From a bacterium (GTDB taxonomy: Bacteria; Zhuqueibacterota; Zhuqueibacteria; Residuimicrobiales; Krinioviventaceae), in assembly GCA_963675755.2 (NCBI GenBank), contig CAXXMD010000002.1:1056001-1120000 (forward strand): 64,000 nt of DNA, in the 5' to 3' direction. A program made the position numbers and the translations under genes. Below are positions 1-7,957 of the stretch, one piece after another. Under the pieces are notes generated by a model that searched no databases, was not told the origin of the DNA, and saw nothing but the letters and a program-made list of their open reading frames with translations. Position 1 is the stretch's first letter. Every line of letters begins with the position of its first letter.

Positions 1-1067
1 CCATCTTCATTTGTGGTTTTTACCTGACGGTCATTTAAAGTTACAGCTACAGAAAGGCGTTTAATGCTGCCAATATCTTCGATGATATGTTCAACAGATT
101 TTGCCAATTGATAATTGGTAACAATATGTTCAACATTGTTTTCACCATAATTGGCAGAATCCGAAGCGGTCTGAGTTTCAGTTTCTTCAGATAATACAAC
201 TGTATTTTCCGGATCATAGATCTCATTTGTTTTTTCTATACGACGGAAATCAAGCTCAGCGGTTGCCCTTACAATAGAATTACCCTGACCTAAAAACTGA
301 TCGAGCATGGTTTGAGCTTTATCTTCAAGGTATGATTCAAGTTGAGATTGCAGTTGCAACTGGCCTTCATTCAATGCTGCAATAGAATCAGACTTGCGGT
401 TTTTAGTAAGGATATTACCCTTATCATCAACTATTGTAACATTTTCATTTTCAAGGCCTTCAACACTACCGGCAACAAGTTGGGCAATACCTCTAATGTG
501 CTCTTCACTTAAACGGGCACGACCTTTTAAAAGTAAAAAGATAGATGCGGAAGGTTCTTCCTGATCTTCTTTGAAAACACGTTCTTTGGGGAAAACGAGG
601 TGTACGCGCGCTTTATCAACTTCTTCCATTGATTGGATGGTTCGGCACAATTCGCCTTCAATAGCGCGTCGATAGTTTAATTGCTGAACAAATTCAGATA
701 CACCAATATCGTTTTTATCGAAAAGTTCGTATCCAAATCCGGTTGAATTTGCAGGCAAACCATTTGAAGCCAACTTCATTCTGGCTTCATACAGTTCTTT
801 ACGGGGGACCATTAAACCCCGGCCACCCTGTGTAATTTTATAAGATATATTTTCTGATTCAAGTTGATCTATTACAGCCTGTGCATCAGAAGGCTCAAGT
901 TCAGTTATCAATATAGCATAATCTGGCTTAACAGCCCAATTGATCACTCCACCCAGCAACACAAAAGCCATAACAAATACAAGAATAATAGTAGCGCGCT
1001 GTGCCATTGTTAAATTAACAAACGGCTCCGCAAAGCGCTCCCGAAGAACACTCAATAATTCAGCCAT
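1..1067 (-). CDS. fliF: Flagellar M-ring protein FliF (N-terminal part; runs off the window edge)
   Basis: Translated by hand from ATG at 1067 (not in the ORF track): MAELLSVLRERF, a TM segment, then GYELFDKNDIGVSEFVQQLNYRRAIEGELCRTI...ARVHLVFPKE...PSASIFL...VAGSVEGL...VTIVDDKG. Lies directly after fliE. Confidence 0.95.
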   Translation of the reverse strand, partial: MAELLSVLRERFAEPFVNLTMAQRATIILVFVMAFVLLGGVINWAVKPDYAILITELEPSDAQAVIDQLESENISYKITQGGRGLMVPRKELYEARMKLASNGLPANSTGFGYELFDKNDIGVSEFVQQLNYRRAIEGELCRTIQSMEEVDKARVHLVFPKERVFKEDQEEPSASIFLLLKGRARLSEEHIRGIAQLVAGSVEGLENENVTIVDDKGNILTKNRKSDSIAALNEGQLQLQSQLESYLEDKAQTMLDQFLGQGNSIVRATAELDFRRIEKTNEIYDPENTVVLSEETETQTASDSANYGENNVEHIVTNYQLAKSVEHIIEDIGSIKRLSVAVTLNDRQVKTTNED

Positions 1068-1109
1068 GTTTCCCTTTTCAATATTAAACTACAAAAAACT
1101 CACTTATGC

Positions 1110-1415
1110 TTACATTTGCATTCGTGTGACCTCACGATATGCTTCTATCAATCTGTTTCGTACCTCCAGTACCAATTCCAATCCAACACCGGCTTTTTCA
1201 GCAGCAATCATTACATCATGTACGTCTTCAATTTCGCCAGAGGCAAACTGCTCAGCTATTTCTCCTGCCTCTAATTGAGAGTCGTTGATCTCACCCAAAA
1301 TTTGTTTAACCCGTGTACCAAAACTGCTCACATCCTGGTTCGGATTATTATTTCCCTTTTGGGGATTAATTTCGGGAAGTAATGAACTTCCTGTGATTGA
1401 ATTAATGGAACTCAT
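1110..1415 (-). CDS. fliE: Flagellar hook-basal body protein FliE
   Basis: 101 aa with DVHDVMIAAEKA...LEVRNRLIEAYREVTRMQM C-terminus; sits between flgC and fliF. Confidence 0.95.
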   Translation of the reverse strand: MSSINSITGSSLLPEINPQKGNNNPNQDVSSFGTRVKQILGEINDSQLEAGEIAEQFASGEIEDVHDVMIAAEKAGVGLELVLEVRNRLIEAYREVTRMQM

Positions 1416-1425
1416 ACATAAACTC

Positions 1426-1773
1426 TTATGTTGTTAAATCCAGTTTTGTGCCGATAGAGTAACTGTTAGAAACTGTATTGTTCATCTTGTATGCATCAAT
1501 CCCCCAGTTACTGGAATTTCCGGGGAAAAGTTCTTGAAGCATTGATTTTTCTTCAGGCTCTATCACTTCATCCAATGTCTTTGGTAAATTTTGTAAACTA
1601 ATATCAACATTTGCAGCTTTGGTAGTAGACTGTGCAGTCTGTGCTTTGGTTTGTGACTGCTGTGTCTGAACCTGATTCTGCTTTTGAACTTCAGCACCAG
1701 TTCCCTTTTGGGTCTGCTGCTGAGGCATGCTAGATATCATATTACGTGAATATGCACTGGATTCAATTCTCAT
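1426..1773 (-). CDS. Uncharacterised Gln/Thr-rich protein inside the flagellar operon
   Basis: GAGG RBS, tightly packed between flgC and fliE, low-complexity N-half, C-terminal GTKLDLTT. Confidence 0.75.
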   Translation of the reverse strand: MRIESSAYSRNMISSMPQQQTQKGTGAEVQKQNQVQTQQSQTKAQTAQSTTKAANVDISLQNLPKTLDEVIEPEEKSMLQELFPGNSSNWGIDAYKMNNTVSNSYSIGTKLDLTT

Positions 1774-1793
1774 TATTTACCTCAAATTTATAA

Positions 1794-2291
1794 TTAAATT
1801 TCGAGTGCCTTTTTAAACATATCTTTGGCTGCATTAATAACTGTGGCATTGGCCTCATAAGCTCTTGCCGCAGACATTAACTTTACCATTTCTTCAATAG
1901 AATTTATATCAGCAACTTCAACATAACCCTCTTCATTTGCATGAGGATGTTCAGGCGCATAAATCAATTTCGTATCACTATTTTCAAGTTCATATGCTTC
2001 TGCTCGTACACCTGTTTCTGCTTCGTTTGCAGTCAGTTTTTTTTGTATACCATTCATATGTTGAGCATATGAACGAACCAATCGGGTTTGAGATCGCTGC
2101 AAAGATCCTTTAAATGAATCCTCTTCCCTGGCAATAAATTCTAAATCTTTGGGTTTATAAGGTTCACCGGTCTTGCTGTCTATACTTTCGGCATTTGCAA
2201 TATTTTCAGCACGTACTTCTAGGTTTTTGCGCTGTGCGCTTAGACCACTTCCGCTTATTCCAAAAACACCAAATATTTTTCCGATTGCCAT
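1794..2291 (-). CDS. flgC: Flagellar basal-body rod protein FlgC
   Basis: SGSGLSAQR...AENIANAES; PEHPHANEEGYV; EMVKLMSAARAYEAN...ALEI. Confidence 0.95.
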   Translation of the reverse strand: MAIGKIFGVFGISGSGLSAQRKNLEVRAENIANAESIDSKTGEPYKPKDLEFIAREEDSFKGSLQRSQTRLVRSYAQHMNGIQKKLTANEAETGVRAEAYELENSDTKLIYAPEHPHANEEGYVEVADINSIEEMVKLMSAARAYEANATVINAAKDMFKKALEI

Positions 2292-2306
2292 AAAAAAACT
2301 CCCTGC

Positions 2307-2708
2307 TTATTTTCCGGTTATTGCTTTATGCAAAGATTTAAATTTTGCCGCAGTAATACGGGAAGTAGCAGAATAATACAACTGGTTCTCAGCTGTTTTA
2401 ACCATTTCTTTATCAATATCTACATTATTAACACCACTTTCCAAGATCTGGGAATTGTCTCGTTCAATCACAATATTCTCCGATGAGCTGGAACCACCAA
2501 TAGGAATATGTCTATAATCAGAACGAAGCGTTTCCAGCTTGCTTGTTTTGGCATTTAACAATTCTGTAAAATCAACATCTTTGGTTTGGTAACCAGGTGT
2601 ATTAATATTTGAAATATTTTCTGCAATTGTACGCTGTCTGGCTGCAGAACCATCAAGCATGCGGTCGAACAGGGGTACATTTACTTTGTCAAATATGGCT
2701 TTAAACAT
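2307..2708 (-). CDS. flgB: Flagellar basal-body rod protein FlgB
   Basis: RQRTIAENISNINTPGY..KD and NNVDIDKEM motifs. Start moved to ATG 2708 (AGGTG RBS) because the ORF-track extension runs through the promoter. Confidence 0.95.
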   Translation of the reverse strand: MFKAIFDKVNVPLFDRMLDGSAARQRTIAENISNINTPGYQTKDVDFTELLNAKTSKLETLRSDYRHIPIGGSSSSENIVIERDNSQILESGVNNVDIDKEMVKTAENQLYYSATSRITAAKFKSLHKAITGK

Positions 2709-2748
2709 GTTTACACCTAAAAAAATTTTATACCTACAGTGCAAAACT

Positions 2749-2765
2749 AGCAAGGCCTGTGCCAA
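2749..2765 (-). promoter_or_regulatory. Sigma54 (-24/-12) promoter of the flgB operon
   Basis: Minus strand TTGGCAC-AGGCC-TTGCT matches TGGCAC-N5-TTGC exactly, ~40 bp upstream of flgB and next to a GAFTGA activator gene. Confidence 0.9.
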
Positions 2766-2785
2766 ATTGTTTGACACAGGCCTTG
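2751..2785. repeat. 16-bp inverted repeat (1 mismatch, 3-nt loop) overlapping the sigma54 promoter
   Basis: CAAGGCCTGTGCCAAA-TTG-TTTGACACAGGCCTTG. Confidence 0.9.
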
Positions 2786-2874
2786 TGTTTAAATACATTG
2801 ATTTTATTTAACTTATAACTAAAAGGGTAAGATCAGAAGAAAAAACAAAAATTTGAAAGAGAAAAAAGTTACAG

Positions 2875-4245
2875 TTATTGGGAATTTTCTTCCCAAACTT
2901 GTTCACCATAACTTTTTAATTTATTGCGAAGAGTTTTAACAGTAATTCCTAAAGCATGGGCTGCTTTGGTTTTATTGTTACTAACCTTTTTAAGTGTTTT
3001 CAGAATCAATCGTCTTTCTGCTTCATAGATAGTCAAATCTTCATCTGCATTAAACAGATAATCAAAAAGATCACCATACTCGTCAATAAATTCAAGGTCT
3101 TCAGCAGTTATTGAATTGTCTTCTGCAATAACAGATACTTTTTCTATAGTGTTTTGTAATTCTCGAACATTTCCGGGCCAATCATAATCTGTCATTCGTT
3201 TCAAGGCATCTGAAGAGAATGATTTTTCAAGGCCGTGTTCTTCATTAACTCTATTAATAAAAAAGTCAACAAGCAATGGAATATCATCTTTGCGCTGTCT
3301 GAGGGATGGAACATTGATCTTGATAACATTTAACCGGAAATACAAATCTTTACGAAAGCGTCCCTCTTTAACTTCTTCTCGCAGATCTCGGTTTGTGGTT
3401 GCAATAACACGTGTATTGACTTTGATACTTTTAGCATCACCTAATCTTTCAAATTGCTTGGTTTGTAATACACGCAATAATTTGGCCTGCAAGGTAAGCG
3501 GCATTTCACCTATTTCATCTAATAAAATGGTTCCACCATCTGCCTGTTCAAAACGACCTTTACGTCGCATATGTGCGCCAGTAAATGCACCTTTTTCATG
3601 CCCAAACAATTCGCTTTCAATTAATGTTTCGGGTAGGGCTGCACAATTCACTTTAATATAAGGCTTATCTCTACAAGTGCTTGCTTTATGTATAGCATCA
3701 GCAATAACTTCTTTACCGGCACCTGTTTCGCCTTCAATCAATACACTGGCTTGGGTAGGAGCTACTCGTCGAATCAAAGCCATAATATTCATCATTGTCT
3801 CAGATTTGCCAATAACCAGATCACTAAAATCCTGGCTTGAAGGTTCCTGCTGTGCAGTAGCTCGGGTTGCGGTATTTCTTTGTTTTAATACTCGACGGAT
3901 GAGTTGTTGAATATCTTTTTTAGAATAAGGTTTGGTAAGATAATCAAAAGCCCCTTTTCGCATGGCTTCAACAGCATTTTCTATTGAACCATAAGCAGTT
4001 CCAATAACAACATCAATTTCTGGTTTTACTTTTTTGATATGTTCCAGTACTTTGATACCGCTTAATTCGGGGATTCGCAAATCCGTAAACACAATATCAA
4101 AATCTTTTTCTTCTATTGCATTAATTGCTGCTTTTCCATCACCTACACTGACTGTTGCACAATCAATATCTTTAATAACAACTTCTAAAAACTGTCGTAC
4201 TGTAGGATCATCTTCAACAACAAGGACATTTGGGATTCCCTGCAT
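2875..4245 (-). CDS. Sigma54-dependent response regulator (REC-AAA+-Fis HTH), FleR/FlrC-like
   Basis: REC (VEDD, TDLRIP, KP), Walker A GETGAGKE, ESELFGHEKGAFTGA, LLDEIGE, WPGNVREL, C-terminal HTH; directly upstream of flgB. Confidence 0.92.
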   Translation of the reverse strand: MQGIPNVLVVEDDPTVRQFLEVVIKDIDCATVSVGDGKAAINAIEEKDFDIVFTDLRIPELSGIKVLEHIKKVKPEIDVVIGTAYGSIENAVEAMRKGAFDYLTKPYSKKDIQQLIRRVLKQRNTATRATAQQEPSSQDFSDLVIGKSETMMNIMALIRRVAPTQASVLIEGETGAGKEVIADAIHKASTCRDKPYIKVNCAALPETLIESELFGHEKGAFTGAHMRRKGRFEQADGGTILLDEIGEMPLTLQAKLLRVLQTKQFERLGDAKSIKVNTRVIATTNRDLREEVKEGRFRKDLYFRLNVIKINVPSLRQRKDDIPLLVDFFINRVNEEHGLEKSFSSDALKRMTDYDWPGNVRELQNTIEKVSVIAEDNSITAEDLEFIDEYGDLFDYLFNADEDLTIYEAERRLILKTLKKVSNNKTKAAHALGITVKTLRNKLKSYGEQVWEENSQ

Positions 4246-4976
4246 TATTCTCTCCCAGGTAATTTAGGTATAATTATGCTCACTTTTGTTCCAATTTTAT
4301 CTTTACTTTCGATAGATATATCACCTTTATGTAACATAATATAATTTCTTGAAATAACCAAACCTAAACCTCGTCCATTATGCTTGGTGGTGAAAAAAGG
4401 AGTAAAAAGTTTACTAAAATTTTGTCTTTTGATTCCAGTACCAGTATCGTTAATTACAAGTGCAATCGATTCTCTGTTATCATGGTTTATAATTTTAGAA
4501 GAAATAATTATAGTACCTTGATTTTTAACCGCATCAACAGCATTATCAAGTATATTAACTATTGAACTTTGTAATAAAATCAAATCAGCCCAAATATAAA
4601 CATTATTATCTAAAAAATCTAATTTATATTCAATTTCTTTATCAATAAAATATTGTCGAACTACCTGTTCAACAAACGATGCAAAATTCAATTTGATAAA
4701 TGACGGATTAATGGGCCGCGTTAATAAATAAAGATCTTCAATAAAGCTGTCAATTCGCTGAATACATGTATCAATCGTTTCAACTTTGGCTTCATCTATA
4801 TGGTCTTTTAACTCTTCTTTCAGGATCGAAACAGTACCCGCGATTCCTGCAAGTGGATTTCTAATCTCATCGGCAATTGAATCAGCCATTTGAGATAAAA
4901 AATTATAAAATGCCGGATTTAGATGATTCACTTGATCTGAAACAATGATATCATCAAAAGTCTCAATTTTTTTCAT
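4245..4976 (-). CDS. Sensor-less histidine-kinase-like protein with H-box His replaced by Asp
   Basis: H-box reads IADEIRNPL. N (NILDNAVDA), G1 (DTGTGI), F (PFFTTK) and G2 (GRGLGL) boxes are intact. Stop overlaps the regulator start (TAATG). Confidence 0.85.
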   Translation of the reverse strand: MKKIETFDDIIVSDQVNHLNPAFYNFLSQMADSIADEIRNPLAGIAGTVSILKEELKDHIDEAKVETIDTCIQRIDSFIEDLYLLTRPINPSFIKLNFASFVEQVVRQYFIDKEIEYKLDFLDNNVYIWADLILLQSSIVNILDNAVDAVKNQGTIIISSKIINHDNRESIALVINDTGTGIKRQNFSKLFTPFFTTKHNGRGLGLVISRNYIMLHKGDISIESKDKIGTKVSIIIPKLPGRE

Positions 4977-5002
4977 AAATAATAGTCAGTTAATGTGTGA
5001 AT

Positions 5003-5335
5003 TTACTTATCAATAACCAATGATTGGGTGTCTTGGTGATAATCCAAGTCAATGTTAATGACTTGACCACATACACAGGTTATTTTAATAGCAGAAACAG
5101 AGTCTCCATCCTTAACCAATTCAATTTCTGGTTGAGCATCTCCATGCGACATATGATTCCCTTGAAATGTCGTAATGGGTGGAGTATTACCATTCTTTTT
5201 GCTACTGGCAGAAATGTCATCCTTTTTCACAATTTTATTACCACTTTTGGAAAAATCATTCCCATTGGAATTTTGATTCAACCAATCTGTTAAATCCTGA
5301 AAAGAGACTTTATCATTCTGTTTCTTCAAAATCAA
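5003..5335 (-). CDS. Small uncharacterised protein with a CxCG motif
   Basis: TTG start after AAGG; C-terminal PEIELVKDGD..AIKITCVCGQVINIDLDY; first gene after a sigma54-like promoter. Confidence 0.65.
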   Translation of the reverse strand: MILKKQNDKVSFQDLTDWLNQNSNGNDFSKSGNKIVKKDDISASSKKNGNTPPITTFQGNHMSHGDAQPEIELVKDGDSVSAIKITCVCGQVINIDLDYHQDTQSLVIDK

Positions 5336-5369
5336 CCTTGTACTTTAGACAATCTACTAGTCTTTTTCA

Positions 5370-5385
5370 CCAAAGAATGTGCCAA
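5370..5385 (-). promoter_or_regulatory. Probable sigma54 promoter of the orf-kinase-regulator operon
   Basis: Minus strand TTGGCAC-ATTCT-TTGG, one mismatch in the -12 box, 35 bp upstream of the TTG start. Confidence 0.65.
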
Positions 5386-5417
5386 AAAAAATGCCGCGCT
5401 GGCAATAATAACGCGGC
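5384..5417 (-). terminator. Intrinsic terminator
   Basis: GCCGCG-N13-CGCGGC followed by A and T8 on the minus strand. Confidence 0.7.
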
Positions 5418-5493
5418 GTATAAAAAAGGCCATCTTGATATTGTGTTGGATTAATCCAGCCAGTAAAAAATTCAACACATAAACTATTATTTA
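5384..5493 (-). ncRNA. Candidate ~110-nt small RNA
   Basis: Bounded by a sigma70-like promoter (5500-5528) and the terminator; internal stem TGTGTTGAATT/AATCCAACACA; no sizeable ORF. Confidence 0.4.
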
Positions 5494-5499
5494 CATTAC

Positions 5500-5528
5500 A
5501 ATATAGTCTATTTTAGTTTTATTTGCAA
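5500..5528 (-). promoter_or_regulatory. Sigma70-like promoter
   Basis: Minus strand TTGCAA-N17-TATATT. The context is AT-rich, so a chance match is possible. Confidence 0.45.
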
Positions 5529-5633
5529 ATAAAAACATAATTTTTAATTTAATGAATTTTATTTTAATTCATCAATATTTATTACATTAAAATTACCGGG
5601 TATATTTTACCCATTCCTATACAAAACGAATTT

Positions 5634-6896
5634 TTATAATGATGTAACGGGTTTGTGTTTTGATAGATAATCAGGATCAATAGTAATACCTAATCCCGGG
5701 CCTGTTGGAACTGTAACTTTACCATTCTCACTTTTGAGTGACGAGGTTTTGCATTCAAAACGTACATTCTCACTCAAGCCCTTAAACTCGTGAAAATCAC
5801 CCGCATTTTTAAGAGTAGAAACAAAATGTACCATGTACAAATATCCCAACCCAGAACCCGAAATATGGGGCACACACTTTTTACCCACGAGTTCTGCCAT
5901 TCTGGCGACACGTGTACAACGGATCATTCCACCAAAATAAAACAAATCCGGTTGTACAATATCCAACGCATCATTTGCTATAAGCCATCTGAATCGGTGC
6001 ATACTGGTTTCCTGCTCTCCACCCGATACAGGAATAGTCAATGCGTCTTTAATCATTTTGGTTTCTTCTAACCAGTCAAACGGACAAGGTTCTTCATAAA
6101 AGCTGTAATTGTATTTTTCTAACAAATGTCCTATCTCAATTCCCTTGTCTACGGTATAGGATCCATTTGAATCCGCATACAGTATCATATCATCTCCAAA
6201 TGTTTCCCGTACCAGTGGAATTAACTTTACAGTACGATCCGGAGGATAGTCTTTATTGTTACTCATGCGTCCACCAATTTTAACTTTTAAAGCTTTGGTT
6301 TGGCTTTTTTCAACATTTGCTTTAATAGTTTCAATTGATTTTTCAGCAGTTTCACCACGATAATTATTGGCACGATAAACATTGATACTATCCTGGTATT
6401 GTTTACCAATTAATTCAGTGACGGATTTATTTGCAATATTCCCAAGCATATCCAGAACAGCAAATTCCATAGATGCAAGCGATATCCACAAGGCAAGGCC
6501 CTGGAGTTTGTAATTACTATTAGAAATATAAACCTTGTGCAACAATGCTTCCAACTCTCTTGCATCCTGTCCCACAAACAGAGGTTTAATTTTAATCAAG
6601 AACAAAGGATATAAATATCTCATATGAGCATTATTACATACAGCATACCCTTCTGCCCCATCTTTTGAACGGACTTGTACAATAAAATTCTCATTATAAT
6701 GTAGTAAAGAAACAGACTCGATTATAACCGGAGATGTAAACAATTTTTTTTTCAATACCGGTTGATTCAAAATTTGATCAAATTCAGAATAATCAACAGA
6801 TTTTGATTGTGGAGCAGCACAACCAGTTGTACCCAGAGAAATTGCAGCACATCCGGTGCCCAGTGTCTTGAAAAATGTTCTTCTTTTTTGTTCCAT
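5634..6896 (-). CDS. Mandelate racemase/muconate-lactonising (enolase superfamily) enzyme with Tat lipoprotein signal
   Basis: RRTFFK...TTGC signal; KVK, YADSN, YEEP and GGEQ metal-ligand motifs, VQPD, VPH. Confidence 0.85.
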   Translation of the reverse strand: MEQKRRTFFKTLGTGCAAISLGTTGCAAPQSKSVDYSEFDQILNQPVLKKKLFTSPVIIESVSLLHYNENFIVQVRSKDGAEGYAVCNNAHMRYLYPLFLIKIKPLFVGQDARELEALLHKVYISNSNYKLQGLALWISLASMEFAVLDMLGNIANKSVTELIGKQYQDSINVYRANNYRGETAEKSIETIKANVEKSQTKALKVKIGGRMSNNKDYPPDRTVKLIPLVRETFGDDMILYADSNGSYTVDKGIEIGHLLEKYNYSFYEEPCPFDWLEETKMIKDALTIPVSGGEQETSMHRFRWLIANDALDIVQPDLFYFGGMIRCTRVARMAELVGKKCVPHISGSGLGYLYMVHFVSTLKNAGDFHEFKGLSENVRFECKTSSLKSENGKVTVPTGPGLGITIDPDYLSKHKPVTSL

Positions 6897-6917
6897 TATA
6901 TACCTCCAAATGGATAA

Positions 6918-7931
6918 CTAATTAACAGCTAGTCTGAATAAACGAATTTCATGAGAATGGTTTTCCCGAGCAGCTTCGGCATATACCCACAATTCATTAT
7001 TAACCCACATCCAATGAGAATAACGTAAAGTATAAAACTTGTTCGCCGTAGTGCTCATTACCAAAGGTGAATCAATAGTTAAATCTTGAACATTATTTAA
7101 ATCAAAAGTAAAACCCAATCCTGTTACAACATTATAAACCGGATCATACCAGGTTGAATTTGAACCTTCATATATAAAAAGATAACCTACCCCCAAGGGG
7201 AGTACGCTGGCTGGGCGGATAAAAAAGTCGTGCCAACCTGCAAGCTTAATCACTGGATTATTAGGATGTCCAACCGGTGACCAGTTTTCACCATCTTTAC
7301 TGGTATAATGATATATGCGTTCCAATCTGCGTAAATATCCGATAACATAACAATGGTACATTCCATCAGCAAAAATTATTACAGGGTCCTTATAACCGTC
7401 TATAGTAATATCACGTTCCCAAGTCTTTTGGGGAGGAGAAATAACCGCATGGGCTGTTGATGGAATAAATTTGGTAGGATCTTGTGCGTCATCAAATTTA
7501 ATAATTGACCAGATTCCGTCTTTGAATGCACCACAAGCATATAGTTTAAACATTCCTGTCTCGGGATCAATTAACAGTGCAGGTCTTTCAAAACCGGGGA
7601 TGGGTACATCAGTTCGATGAATACTTTTTCTTTTTTCGAAATGAATTCCGTCTTTACTACTCAAGATACGTAATTCATATCCCCGGTTTCCTCTGGGTGC
7701 TTCAGGTGATCGCATTCTACATGCCATCCAGAATGTTCCATCCTTATCAATTACAACAGAGGGAGCACCTGCCCACCATTCAGCGGCATTTTTATCCGGT
7801 TCAAGTACAACATCATAGTTGTTAAAACGATCGGAAATATTTTGAAAATCAGGTGCAACTTGAGGGATTAAGTTTTGAGCCGATACATAACAAGCAGAAA
7901 TTAACGTTAATACTATAGTGAGTACTTTCAT
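6918..7931 (-). CDS. Secreted five-bladed beta-propeller glycoside-hydrolase-like protein
   Basis: Signal peptide; GAPSVV, FERPAL, YKDPVI and IRPASV blade starts; SKDG Asp-box-like turns. Confidence 0.6.
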   Translation of the reverse strand: MKVLTIVLTLISACYVSAQNLIPQVAPDFQNISDRFNNYDVVLEPDKNAAEWWAGAPSVVIDKDGTFWMACRMRSPEAPRGNRGYELRILSSKDGIHFEKRKSIHRTDVPIPGFERPALLIDPETGMFKLYACGAFKDGIWSIIKFDDAQDPTKFIPSTAHAVISPPQKTWERDITIDGYKDPVIIFADGMYHCYVIGYLRRLERIYHYTSKDGENWSPVGHPNNPVIKLAGWHDFFIRPASVLPLGVGYLFIYEGSNSTWYDPVYNVVTGLGFTFDLNNVQDLTIDSPLVMSTTANKFYTLRYSHWMWVNNELWVYAEAARENHSHEIRLFRLAVN

Positions 7932-7957
7932 CTAAAGCCTCTCATAATAAATAAATA

